Assembly: GCA_049521795.1 (NCBI GenBank)
Contig: JBEKOM010000005.1
Coordinates: 32,001-96,000 of the forward strand
From: Candidatus Bathyarchaeia archaeon
GTDB lineage: Archaea > Thermoproteota > Bathyarchaeia > Bathyarchaeales > Bathycorpusculaceae
DNA: 64,000 nucleotides
Reading direction: 5' to 3'
Below the pieces are notes generated by a model. It searched no databases and was not told the origin of the DNA. It saw only the letters and a list, made by a program, of their open reading frames with translations. Position numbers and translations under genes: made by a program. Shown here one piece after another: positions 40,347 to 49,712 of this stretch (positions are counted from its first letter, which is position 1; every line of letters begins with the position of its first letter).

Positions 40347-43146
40347 ATGGTCAAGTGTACATTGTGTCCCAATAGATTTAATGAAGGAAAAATGTGTCTG
40401 ACATGTGGCAAAACATATTGTAAAAATGAAAACGTTTCAATCTGTCCTTTCGGATGCCAAGGGGAACTTTCTGAATTTAAGGTCTCCGAAGAGAAGCTAG
40501 GCGGATACAAAATAGAATGGCTAACCATTGCAGGCTCAAGAATAGGTCTTATGGATTTCGACGAGGTTCCCTCGTTGTTGCCTGCCGTAATAAAATCATT
40601 GAACGTTGAAATCCCTCGGAAATACAGCTTGCTCTTATTTCCAAATAGGGAAAGCGCCTGCAAAATCATCAATTATTTGCGAAAGAAATCTGGACTTGAA
40701 GACATTGGCTACGATAAGTCTTTTGACAAATCCAGGTATACTCTAATGGAAGATTTTGAAACAAATAAGCAATACATACTTTTGAACCTTGAAGCAACAA
40801 ATCCTCAGCACATGAAATTTCTGATAACATTCTTGGCAACTGCCTTCGCAAAAATTGATGTTTACAGAAAGACAAAACACAAAAAAATGACGGAAGCAAT
40901 ATGCAAGGGTGTTTTCGATTATCAACGAAGACTTGGAATACCCTTCGTTTTATTGGATAAAGAACTTGAGGAAAGAATGAAGTATCTGTCAAATTCTCTG
41001 CCAGGATTTTACTCTGAATATGAGGCATCTATAGGAATGGCGAAATCTTTCCCACAAGAGATTCCAGATTTTCTTCGACAAAAAATGGACCTATTAAATG
41101 CGGCGCTCAATCCGGATTATATCGGGTGGCTTTATGCCTTTTTTGATTTTGTTGGAGCACAAATTCAAATCGCGAGTATCCTGGCTGCATCAGTAGAAGA
41201 AACACATCTTAACTCATACATAAGTCAGCACTTTAACGATTTAGCCGATGAAAACAAACGAAGCCTGACGGGTTTTCAAGACTTATCAAAATGTGCGGAC
41301 ATCATTGTCAAAGATCTATCACAAAAAATGATCTATAGCTCGTATGAAATATACGAAGAAAAAGTATCTCATACCTTTGTTAAGGCATTTGAAGTGATAG
41401 TACCAAGGACTCTGAGAACCTCTGAAATAGACAAGCTATTCGAGGTTAGCCAGACATATGAAGATATGATAGAAAGAAACCTGCCACCCATAGCGCCTCA
41501 TTTAGGAACATTTGCAGAATTCAATACTTTTCTACTTCGGATGTTTCAAAGGGACACCCTTTTTCCTGAAATGAGAATTATCGTGGGACAAATCCTGCAA
41601 GGTAATCTTGTTTTCAAGATATGGAAGCAAAATGATTACGTAGCCTATGTGCAAGGACTCAGTCTAACAAAAAACCTTGCAAACCTAATCGTGGAAAAAC
41701 TTCCGGAAATTAAGAAACGGTTTGGTAAACATGCATCTCATAGCACACTAGGTTATCATGATGCTTGTTTGGCATTGCTTACGTTTGCGCAGTTTGCTTC
41801 AATTATGAATGATGACGAAAACGCAAAGCAATTAATCGAAGAAGCAAAGAGAATAGCTGACCGATATAATGCTTCCTCAGTGAAAATAGTTCACAATTGG
41901 TCGGATTTTACTAAAACACATGATTACTCTAAATTGTTGGAATCGTACAGGTCCTATTCTGCTACAGATATTGCTGAACACTCTTACTTGGAGCCACAAG
42001 CAAAGACAATAATGAATGTTGCGAAGGCGATTTTTGAGATCAAGAATTTTGATTATAATCTTGAAGCGGCGGAAAAGAGCGCCCTTGGTATTGCAACACC
42101 GCACCCTCCCAGAAATATGTCCTTCAGCTATTTTGAAAAAAGCGTTCTTGACAGTTTGGTCTTTTGTCACTTGGTTCGGGTTTTCAAAGGTTTGATGAGT
42201 GCATGTATTGTACAGGGACCGAATGCGGGATTGCCGCTTAAGGAAGCCTTCTTGAATGCTGAAGCTATGTCTACCTATATTTCGACCAAAGACCCTCTGT
42301 TTAGTTTTGTTTACAAAACAGAAGCGGTTTTTTTCCTATTTTCAGAAGACATCGAAAAAACTCGCCGTGTAGGTTCAAAACTACTTGAAATAGCTCATGA
42401 TGCACCGCTACTTGTACATTTTGTTGATAGAATCGAAGAGTGGCTTAAGGAATCCGCAAAACTGAAGTCGAAACGATTCCTTGCAGTGCAAAAGATAGAA
42501 ACAAATGAGTATGACCCATGGGAAAGAATGCTCTCGAAGTTAATTGCTGAAAGAAAAAACGAAGACCTTGAAAAGAGCATTGCTTCGGCAAAGGCTTTTG
42601 TTTTTGTGGAAGGTAAGTGTGACGTTGCAGTACTTGAGCAGTTCACCACGAAACTTTTTCCAGGGCAGCTAATATTTTTCATGGAAATTGAGGGGTATTC
42701 GAATATGTCGAATTACGCTCAAGCAAAAATAGCTATGCGGCTTTCAGTTCCTGTGTACATGATGTTCGACGGAGATTTGTTGAAAGATAATAAGAAGAAG
42801 CGAGCCGTTGAGGAACTAATCAAAAAAGTCGGTTTACCACAAAATCGCATTTTCTATTTGGAAGAAAACAGCATTGAGAATTATTTGCTGATTCCTCATG
42901 CAATAAAGAGTGCATTTCCTCAAAGCGTTATGTCTGAGGAAGACATTGCCGTATTCATAAAAAAGGAACCAGAACAAACGCGACAAGAAACAGGTTTTAA
43001 ACAATCTTTTCTGCAAAATGCAAATAGGTTCATACAAATACAAAAAGGCAGCCCTTATTGCGAGCAAAATCGAAGCAACTGAGGTCAACCAAGAAATAAG
43101 AAACATTCTTCTTAAGACTATATCGGGGAGAGTTAATAGCGATTGA
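40347..43146 (+). CDS. Large Zn-finger/helical protein with C-terminal OLD-type TOPRIM domain; apparent +1 frameshift in the A6 run at 42959-42964
   Basis: N-terminal CxxC..CxxC..C..CxxxC; FVEGKCD, MFDGD (DxD) and SIENYLL; the shifted frame continues KKQVLNNLF...AALIASKI...EIRNIL to TGA 43146. Confidence 0.75.
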
Positions 43147-43452
43147 GGCATATCCATGACTGACGAGACAGTGGCTGCGATCGTTTCTTCAAGAATAAGA
43201 TGTAACGAAGCGGCAAGATTTCAAGGAAAAGACCCAATATTCAGTCCTGTGCTAGAGAATGAGCTTTAGTAATTGAATTTTCAACGTTTCATTGCTATTC
43301 GCGCGCGCGGACTGGCTACAGTTTTTCTGTTCTACGCTTTTGACATATTCCTTATATGTCGCTGTCATCACATTGTTTTTTTGGCGATATGATATGTCAA
43401 TCCGAAATCCTACCAAAAGTAGGGTCTTCGGGAGATATCCCGCTTTTTCGAC

Positions 43453-43560
43453 TAGGCTTGCTATTCTTGGAACCCATGTTTCCCGTTCATCCCTCAGAAA
43501 CTTTGCAAACAAGTAAGCTTCTACGTTAAACAACGTGTCAATGGTTTGCTCGCTGCCGCG
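43453..43560 (-). pseudogene. C-terminal remnant resembling solo/casposon-type Cas1
   Basis: RGSEQTIDTLFNVEAYLFAKFLRDERETWVPRIASL resembles, from memory, the QT.ETL.NEEA.L.AK.LR.E...W.PRI tail of archaeal solo Cas1 proteins. Confidence 0.5.
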
Positions 43561-43597
43561 CGGGCGAGCACCATTTCGTGTGTGTGAACGTGAATGT

Positions 43598-43733
43598 GAA
43601 TCTCTCCTGGGCTACCATGAAACCCAAGTCAGGGTATTGTTCAAACTCTCGGTTCAGTAATTGTGTGGGGGTGGGATCCCCCAAGTTTACCGGAGAAAAA
43701 GCATACTTAATATGTTTGGTGAGAGTTCGAATC
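43598..43733 (+). mobile_element. 136-bp element bounded by GAATC direct repeats; ends are permuted halves of a tRNA-Gln 3' end (attP-like)
   Basis: Left end GAATCTCTCCTGGGCTACCA, right end GAGAGTTCGAATC; circularisation restores GAGAG-TTCGAAT-CTCTC-CTGGGCT-ACCA. Confidence 0.6.
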
Positions 43734-43870
43734 CGCGTGCGGGCCAGAGGCTGTGCCTATAAGAATCTTTTGCGCCCTTTTTCGAGCAATTTGCTGGCAT
43801 TTTGGTAGAATCTAAAAAACGAAGATGTGCGCATGCAAAAAACTTTTATCCAATCAAACACTCTTGAAAA

Positions 43871-44317
43871 GTGATGCCGACAGTTAAGGATTTCATGACG
43901 AAGAATGTTATAACTATTGACGCTAGCAAAACTGTTTTTGAAGCCGTAGACCTAATGTCGCAAAACAACGTAGGCGATTTGGTGGTTATGGATAAAGATA
44001 CGCCTGTAGGGATCGTCACTGAACGGGATTTCGTGAGAAGAGTCTTGGCGGAGAGAAAATCGCCAAACATCAAAGTTTCAGAGGTAATGACCACACCCCT
44101 CAGAGTAATCGATCCAGAAGCTCCACTTAAAGAAGCTGCTAGAAGAATGGTCAGCAAAGGAATCCGACGACTTCCTGTAATAAAGGATAACAAGCTGGTT
44201 GGAATAATAACCGCTACCGACTTCGCTAGACACCTGAGCAAGAAAACCCTCACCGATGGCATACTTGAAGCAATAGGCCGTAGCGACTACCCCGTTCCAG
44301 AAGTTTTCGAAAAATAG
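43871..44317 (+). CDS. CBS-domain pair protein
   Basis: VKDFMT, VGIVTERD, VSEVMTTP, IRRLPV, GIITATD. Confidence 0.92.
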   Translation: MMPTVKDFMTKNVITIDASKTVFEAVDLMSQNNVGDLVVMDKDTPVGIVTERDFVRRVLAERKSPNIKVSEVMTTPLRVIDPEAPLKEAARRMVSKGIRRLPVIKDNKLVGIITATDFARHLSKKTLTDGILEAIGRSDYPVPEVFEK

Positions 44318-44498
44318 CAGAAGCCGTGGGGCAAACAAACCCGAAATACAGTAAACCTTCTAGGGTAGAAGCTCAATTCTCGCTCATCACCCCAAAATAC
44401 CATCATCCACGGCTAATGGACAGAGTACGCACATACTGTAAAATGAAATCTTGGCAAGTCTTCTCTGATCTTCGCCATTGTGGCTAGGCTAAGTATGT

Positions 44499-46478
44499 TC
44501 AAGCCCGAATCAGTACTGGGAGCAGAAGCAGAGCGGTCATGCCCAGAAGCTTCATGAATATGAGAACGGAGGGGCCTGCAACGTCCTTCAGCGGGTCTCC
44601 TACAGTATCACCAATTATTGTTGCCTTATGAGTATCCGATTTCTTGCCCCCATACAGCCCACTTTCGACCAACTTCTTGGCATTGTCCAGCAGGGCGCCT
44701 GTATTGTTAAAGAAGAAGCCTAGCATGGCGGCGGAAGCCGTAGCCCCGATGAGCAGCATTCCTAACTCGGTCGGACCAAATAACAGACCCACAGCGATTG
44801 GAGTTGCTATGGCAATGAGCCCCGGCAGCACCATTTTGCTGAGCGCATTCTTGGTTGCGATATCAATACATCTGGCATAATCAGGAGCAACTTTCCCCTC
44901 TTTGAGCCCTATGATCTCCTTGAACTGCCGCCTCACTTCATCAACCATTTTGAAAGCCCCATCGGAAGTCGCCCTTATCGTCAGAGAGGCCAATGGCAAA
45001 GGCAAGACTACACCTAGGAACAGTGCAGCGATGGGGTATGGCGTTCCAAGCGAAATGACAGAGATTTTAGCCGTTGCGAAATACGTTGCGAAAATCAAAA
45101 AAGACGTAACCGTGCCTGATGCCATGGCATAGCCCTTGGTTGCAGCCTTCATAGTGTTTCCGACAGCATCCAGAGAATTTAACGTCTCAGATGCTTGCCC
45201 TGAGATTCCAGACATTTCGGCTATTCCCGCAGCATTATCGGTTATTGGACCGAACGTATCAGAAGCCATAATAAACGCGATAGCGAAGTCCGTGCCAATG
45301 TTTGTTATGACTAGCCCGTAGAGAGATTGACCAGTTACCATGAAAGATAGCACTACGGCAGCCAAAACTGCAATCATCGGGAACAATGGAGTTGCCAGTC
45401 CAGTCGATATGCCAGTTATCAGGTTTATTGCGGGGCCTGCTTGCGAGGATTCAGCGACATGATGTACAGGTCCACGCTCCAGACCGGTGTAGTATAGTGT
45501 ACCTAGGACACAAACGAGCACGGCTGCAAACCCAAGCAAACCCGCAAAGAATAGTGATACATCATTCATAAACAGCGTAGACAAAAAGAACAAGCCAATC
45601 GAGCTAAGAACTGTCGTAACCATGAGACCGACAACCAAAGATCCTGTTGCGCTAATCCGCTTCCAACGTCTAACCAGCGATATCCCAAACATGGAGGCCA
45701 GAACACCGACAGCTTCGAGTATAAATGGAAACACTACACCGTTTGTGCCGTATCTCGAAATGAAGAGAACGCCCATCAACATACCAGTTATTATGTCATC
45801 ACTGAAAGTCTGGAACAAATCTGAACCTCGCCCTGCACAATCGCCCACGTTGTCGCCAACCAAATCGGCGACCACAGCCGGATTTCTTGGGTCGTCCTCA
45901 GGGATCTCCATTTCGATCTTACCCACCAAATCGGCCCCAATGTCAGCTGACTTTGTATATATGCCACCTCCGATTTGCGCAAACAATGCCGCTAGGCTTG
46001 CTCCAAATCCAAATCCAACAAGCGCTGGAATATCATTCAAGGCTACTCGCAATAGGAACAACGAAACCAGACTTATCCCTGGAACTGCCAGACCCATAAC
46101 TGCACCTCCCAAAAAGCCTGTTCTCAGAGTTGCCCCAGGTGAACGCGTAGCGGCACTTGCGGTTCTTACGTTGGCTCTAACGGCGACGTTCATGCCAACG
46201 TACCCCGCGAATAGGGAGAGAAGGACTCCGCACAAGAAAGCCAATGAAGTAGTCCAATTGAAAAGAAAGAGAATTATTAAGGCCAGCCAGGGAATGACAA
46301 GAATGATTGTCCCCAATTGTCTCTTGATGTAAGCGCTTGTTCCTATCACAATATACCTGCTCACCTCTTGCATACGAGCGGTACCAGAATCACGTTTGAG
46401 AATCCAACGAGTGATATACGACGCCACCAAAATGGCAATCATCCCAACCACGAAAGCAAACAGAAGTGGATCTGCCAT
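44499..46478 (-). CDS. hppA: Membrane H+-translocating pyrophosphatase, K+-independent type
   Basis: GGIYTKSADIGADLVGK, IPEDDPRNP, GDNVGD, GPITDNAAG, GNTMKA, GDTVGDPLKD. Confidence 0.95.
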   Translation of the reverse strand: MADPLLFAFVVGMIAILVASYITRWILKRDSGTARMQEVSRYIVIGTSAYIKRQLGTIILVIPWLALIILFLFNWTTSLAFLCGVLLSLFAGYVGMNVAVRANVRTASAATRSPGATLRTGFLGGAVMGLAVPGISLVSLFLLRVALNDIPALVGFGFGASLAALFAQIGGGIYTKSADIGADLVGKIEMEIPEDDPRNPAVVADLVGDNVGDCAGRGSDLFQTFSDDIITGMLMGVLFISRYGTNGVVFPFILEAVGVLASMFGISLVRRWKRISATGSLVVGLMVTTVLSSIGLFFLSTLFMNDVSLFFAGLLGFAAVLVCVLGTLYYTGLERGPVHHVAESSQAGPAINLITGISTGLATPLFPMIAVLAAVVLSFMVTGQSLYGLVITNIGTDFAIAFIMASDTFGPITDNAAGIAEMSGISGQASETLNSLDAVGNTMKAATKGYAMASGTVTSFLIFATYFATAKISVISLGTPYPIAALFLGVVLPLPLASLTIRATSDGAFKMVDEVRRQFKEIIGLKEGKVAPDYARCIDIATKNALSKMVLPGLIAIATPIAVGLLFGPTELGMLLIGATASAAMLGFFFNNTGALLDNAKKLVESGLYGGKKSDTHKATIIGDTVGDPLKDVAGPSVLIFMKLLGMTALLLLPVLIRA

Positions 46479-46822
46479 AGCAATTCCTCACACTTTCTCG
46501 TTTTGCACCTTAATGATGTCTGGCATAACAGTTGGTCGCGTCTTCTTTCCGTTTCATACGGTAGCCTTGCCCCTTGCCTAGGAACAGGAGCTTCTTACTT
46601 GATAAGGCTGACCCTGAATCGACCGTACAACATGTTGACCCTTTGGATCATTTTTGACCTAGTGACTTTTTTTGAAGAATGCTTCGGCCCTTTGGGTGTA
46701 TCCAGATTGTAGGGGCTTTCATTCTAAGTTCATCACTGGTTCTGTTCATATGAAGAGTACGCGTGCCACCACGAGGTCTAGACTTTTGCCAGCATAAGTG
46801 ACTTATGGTTGGACCAAAAATT

Positions 46823-46901
46823 TGGTGCGGTCGCCGGGATTTGAACCCGGGATCACAAGCTTGGAGGGCTTGTGTCCTAAACCAGACTAGACCACGACCG
46901 C
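46823..46901 (-). tRNA. tRNA-Gly(TCC), CCA encoded, atypical C33
   Basis: GCGGTCG...CGACCGC-ACCA; CAAGC-CCTCCAA-GCTTG anticodon arm; CCGGG-TTCAAAT-CCCGG T arm. Confidence 0.93.
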
Positions 46902-46951
46902 TCTGTTTTTGTGCAGTACATTAGCGTCGGTGGGCTAGATAAGATTTCTTT

Positions 46952-47617
46952 TCATTCCCTGCGCGGCTTTTCATCTGGTTTGAACAGTTTTTTCTCGTAC
47001 TTGGGTCTCGGCTTGAAACTTCCATGAAGGGCAGGCATGGATGTTCGTTGCCTTTCGAGATTCTTGATTCGAGCGTACAGCTTCGAAACCTTAGTCTTGG
47101 AAGGTATCTTGGACCGGGGAATCTTCACGTGAACCGGGGTGAATGGTTTCTTGATTTCAGCGAATGCACGTTTCCTTCTGGTCTGCACTTCTTTCACTTT
47201 TCTGAAGAGAACGTAACCCTCTTTCAGATTGACTTCCCGGACTTCCCATCCGGCGTCTAGCCAACCGTGAGCGTGGGGACTGCTCTGCGAGTTGTCCCAC
47301 CATTTCTCGGTGCGGTACGCGCTCATCGGCAGGTTCTCGCCAATTGTGCCGTCAATTCGTGCAAAACTGAGCTTGACGCTTCCGGTGAAGGATCCTCTGA
47401 ACCGCAGGTAGCCCGTAAGACCAGCATACTTGGAAGCGGTCGTTCGCGAGACAACTCTTCTTGCACAGTTCAGACAGAACAATCTGGTTGGGTCACCTGT
47501 CACGACGTCAGGGATCATGCAGTCCCTGCAGTAAAGCCGTCCGCACCTCTCGCACCGCCTGAGATAGCTTGTTCGAAGCACTCTCTTGCAGATTCCGCAT
47601 TCGTCCCTCAACGGCAT
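46952..47617 (-). CDS. Zn-finger protein with KY..L..YL/WW.N domain and basic tail
   Basis: Four CxxC pairs, then KYAGLTGYL...LSF..I...IG..LP.SAY....WWDN....HA.GWLDAGWEV. Confidence 0.75.
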   Translation of the reverse strand: MPLRDECGICKRVLRTSYLRRCERCGRLYCRDCMIPDVVTGDPTRLFCLNCARRVVSRTTASKYAGLTGYLRFRGSFTGSVKLSFARIDGTIGENLPMSAYRTEKWWDNSQSSPHAHGWLDAGWEVREVNLKEGYVLFRKVKEVQTRRKRAFAEIKKPFTPVHVKIPRSKIPSKTKVSKLYARIKNLERQRTSMPALHGSFKPRPKYEKKLFKPDEKPRRE

Positions 47618-47756
47618 CTAGGCCTCCCACATATGCTAGGTGACGCTATGTGACTATGGACAGGCTGTTGATATAAATCTCCTCTTCTTTGAAAGTGTAG
47701 TTGAAATTCATAACGGAATTAAGGGCAAGTTGCACCAATGTGTGTAGTGAAAGAGC

Positions 47757-48158
47757 TTGCTCTTCAGTGAGTACCTTCACGAGAAAGCCGAGGAATCAAG
47801 GCACAACGAGACCCTCGGCTATCTCATAGTCATAATCGGGTCCTTGTTCTTCATCGGAGGGCTTCTCGTGACGGTAGTAACGGTTGCGAACCCAGAATGG
47901 TTCCTGATGATACCTTATCTTCTGACGCCAAACCCGTACAGTCTTCTCAGTTTGTCCATGGTTTCTGTCGGCTTCACTCTCCTCATAGTTGGAATAGCCT
48001 TAGGGATACACTATGCCAGAGAAAGGTCATGGTACATGCGAGAATTGCACAAGGCGCATTCGATGGAGGAACAGAAACTGAAAGAGGAGAGAAAGAGCCT
48101 GACAAAAACAGTGTGGGCAGAACTGGCTGAAAACAAAGTGGAGAGCCCAGATCAATAG
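47757..48158 (+). CDS. Hypothetical membrane protein
   Basis: FSEYLHEKAEESRHNE followed by two TM helices. Confidence 0.75.
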   Translation: MLFSEYLHEKAEESRHNETLGYLIVIIGSLFFIGGLLVTVVTVANPEWFLMIPYLLTPNPYSLLSLSMVSVGFTLLIVGIALGIHYARERSWYMRELHKAHSMEEQKLKEERKSLTKTVWAELAENKVESPDQ

Positions 48159-48159
48159 T

Positions 48160-49647
48160 TTAGCCTTTCACCACTGCTATCGGGACGAATCTCGCAACCT
48201 TCGTGGCTATGCCAACCTTGTCGCTAACGTCGACAACCACGTCAACATTCTTGTAGGCCGGATCAGCCTCTTCGGCAAGAACCTCGGCGCTCGCAGAGCG
48301 CACATAGATGCCGCGCTTCTCCAAGGCTTTCTTGACGTCGCCACCCCAGAAATTACGTTTTGCAGCGCTTCGACTCATCCTGCGACCAGCACCATGAGCA
48401 GTCGAACCGAACGTTACCTGCATAGCCTTCTCTGTACCAACAAGAAGCCAAGAGCTGGTTCCCATGCTTCCAGGAATGAGCACAGGCTGCCCTGCGGAAC
48501 GATAGGCTACTGGGATCTCTGCGTGACCCGGCGGAAACGCCCGGGTCGCACCTTTTCTGTGAACCCAGACCTTCTTCTGAACTCCATCGATGCTGTGAGT
48601 CTCTATCTTCGCAATGTTGTGCGCAACGTCGTATACGAGTTGCAACCCGAACTTCGCAGGGTCCTCATTGAAAACCTGCCGAAAACTCTCGCGAACCCAG
48701 TGCAGGATTGTCTGCCTATTGACGAACGCGTAGTTGACCGCGCACGCCATAGCCTGATAGTAGTCCTGTGCCTCCTGACTCTTTCCAGGCGCACACGCAA
48801 GCTCTCTATCGGGCAACAACAGCTTGTATTTCTCAACCGCTCTTTCCATCACTCGCAGGTAATCCGAGCATACTTGATGACCAAGGCCCCTTGAACCGCA
48901 ATGAATCATCAGCGTGACCTGCCCTTCACGCTCGATCCCAAAGGTCTTAGCCGTCTTAGCGTCAACGATCTTGTCAACCCTTTGGATTTCCAAGAAATGG
49001 TTTCCAGAACCAAGCGTGCCGATCTGCGTCAGACCTCTGTTCTTCGCGTTCGATGACACCTTGTCAGGGTCAGCGTTTTTCATGCAGCCGCTTTCCTCAC
49101 AGTGTTCGGCGTCTTCAGGCCAACCCAGTCCATGGTCAATAGCCCAGTTGACACCTTCTGTTGCAAGTCTGTCCAAATCGTGCAGCGACACTTTGAAATC
49201 TTTTCTTCGGCTTCCAAGTCCACACGGAACGTTGTCAAAGATCGCGTTTGTGAGTTGACCAAGCTTCGGCCTCACGTCTTGTTCTGACATGTTTGTCGTG
49301 ACGAGGCGAACTCCGCAGTTAATGTCATAACCTACTCCGCCGGGGCTGATCACGCCTTCTTCGTAGTCCGTTGCCGCAACGCCGCCGATTGGAAAACCAT
49401 AACCCTCGTGACCGTCAGGCAAGGTTATAGCATGTTTATAGATCCCGGGCAGATGGGCCACGTTTGCGCATTGCTGAAGAGTTCGGTCTGTCTGCATCTT
49501 CTCCAGCAAGTCTCTGTTAGCGTACACTATGCCCGGAACCCGCATGCCCGACTTGTACTTGGGAATGCTCCACGAGTAATCGTCTATTTTCTCAAGCGGA
49601 ACCCTTTCCTTAGGGGCCCGTCCTTCCCCCTCTTCCATTTCTTTCAC
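48160..49647 (-). CDS. rtcB: tRNA-splicing ligase RtcB
   Basis: LPDGHEGYGFPIGG, GYDINCG, GTLGSGNHFLE, HCGSRG, VHRKGAT, HGAGR. Confidence 0.97.
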   Translation of the reverse strand: MKEMEEGEGRAPKERVPLEKIDDYSWSIPKYKSGMRVPGIVYANRDLLEKMQTDRTLQQCANVAHLPGIYKHAITLPDGHEGYGFPIGGVAATDYEEGVISPGGVGYDINCGVRLVTTNMSEQDVRPKLGQLTNAIFDNVPCGLGSRRKDFKVSLHDLDRLATEGVNWAIDHGLGWPEDAEHCEESGCMKNADPDKVSSNAKNRGLTQIGTLGSGNHFLEIQRVDKIVDAKTAKTFGIEREGQVTLMIHCGSRGLGHQVCSDYLRVMERAVEKYKLLLPDRELACAPGKSQEAQDYYQAMACAVNYAFVNRQTILHWVRESFRQVFNEDPAKFGLQLVYDVAHNIAKIETHSIDGVQKKVWVHRKGATRAFPPGHAEIPVAYRSAGQPVLIPGSMGTSSWLLVGTEKAMQVTFGSTAHGAGRRMSRSAAKRNFWGGDVKKALEKRGIYVRSASAEVLAEEADPAYKNVDVVVDVSDKVGIATKVARFVPIAVVKG

Positions 49648-49712
49648 CTACTGCTACAGAAAGGTGATAAAGCGGAAATATAAACGATCTTGAAAGGCTA
49701 GACTGATACGAG

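Noticed and set aside
43340-43400. TTGACATAT...ATATGTCAA inverted repeat as a casposon terminal repeat
   Set aside because: Only 9 bp and local; no matching partner found at the other end of the island.
43598-43733. Circularly permuted functional tRNA gene
   Set aside because: No 5' acceptor strand (AGCCCAG), D arm or anticodon arm lies between the two halves, so it is better explained as att-derived sequence.
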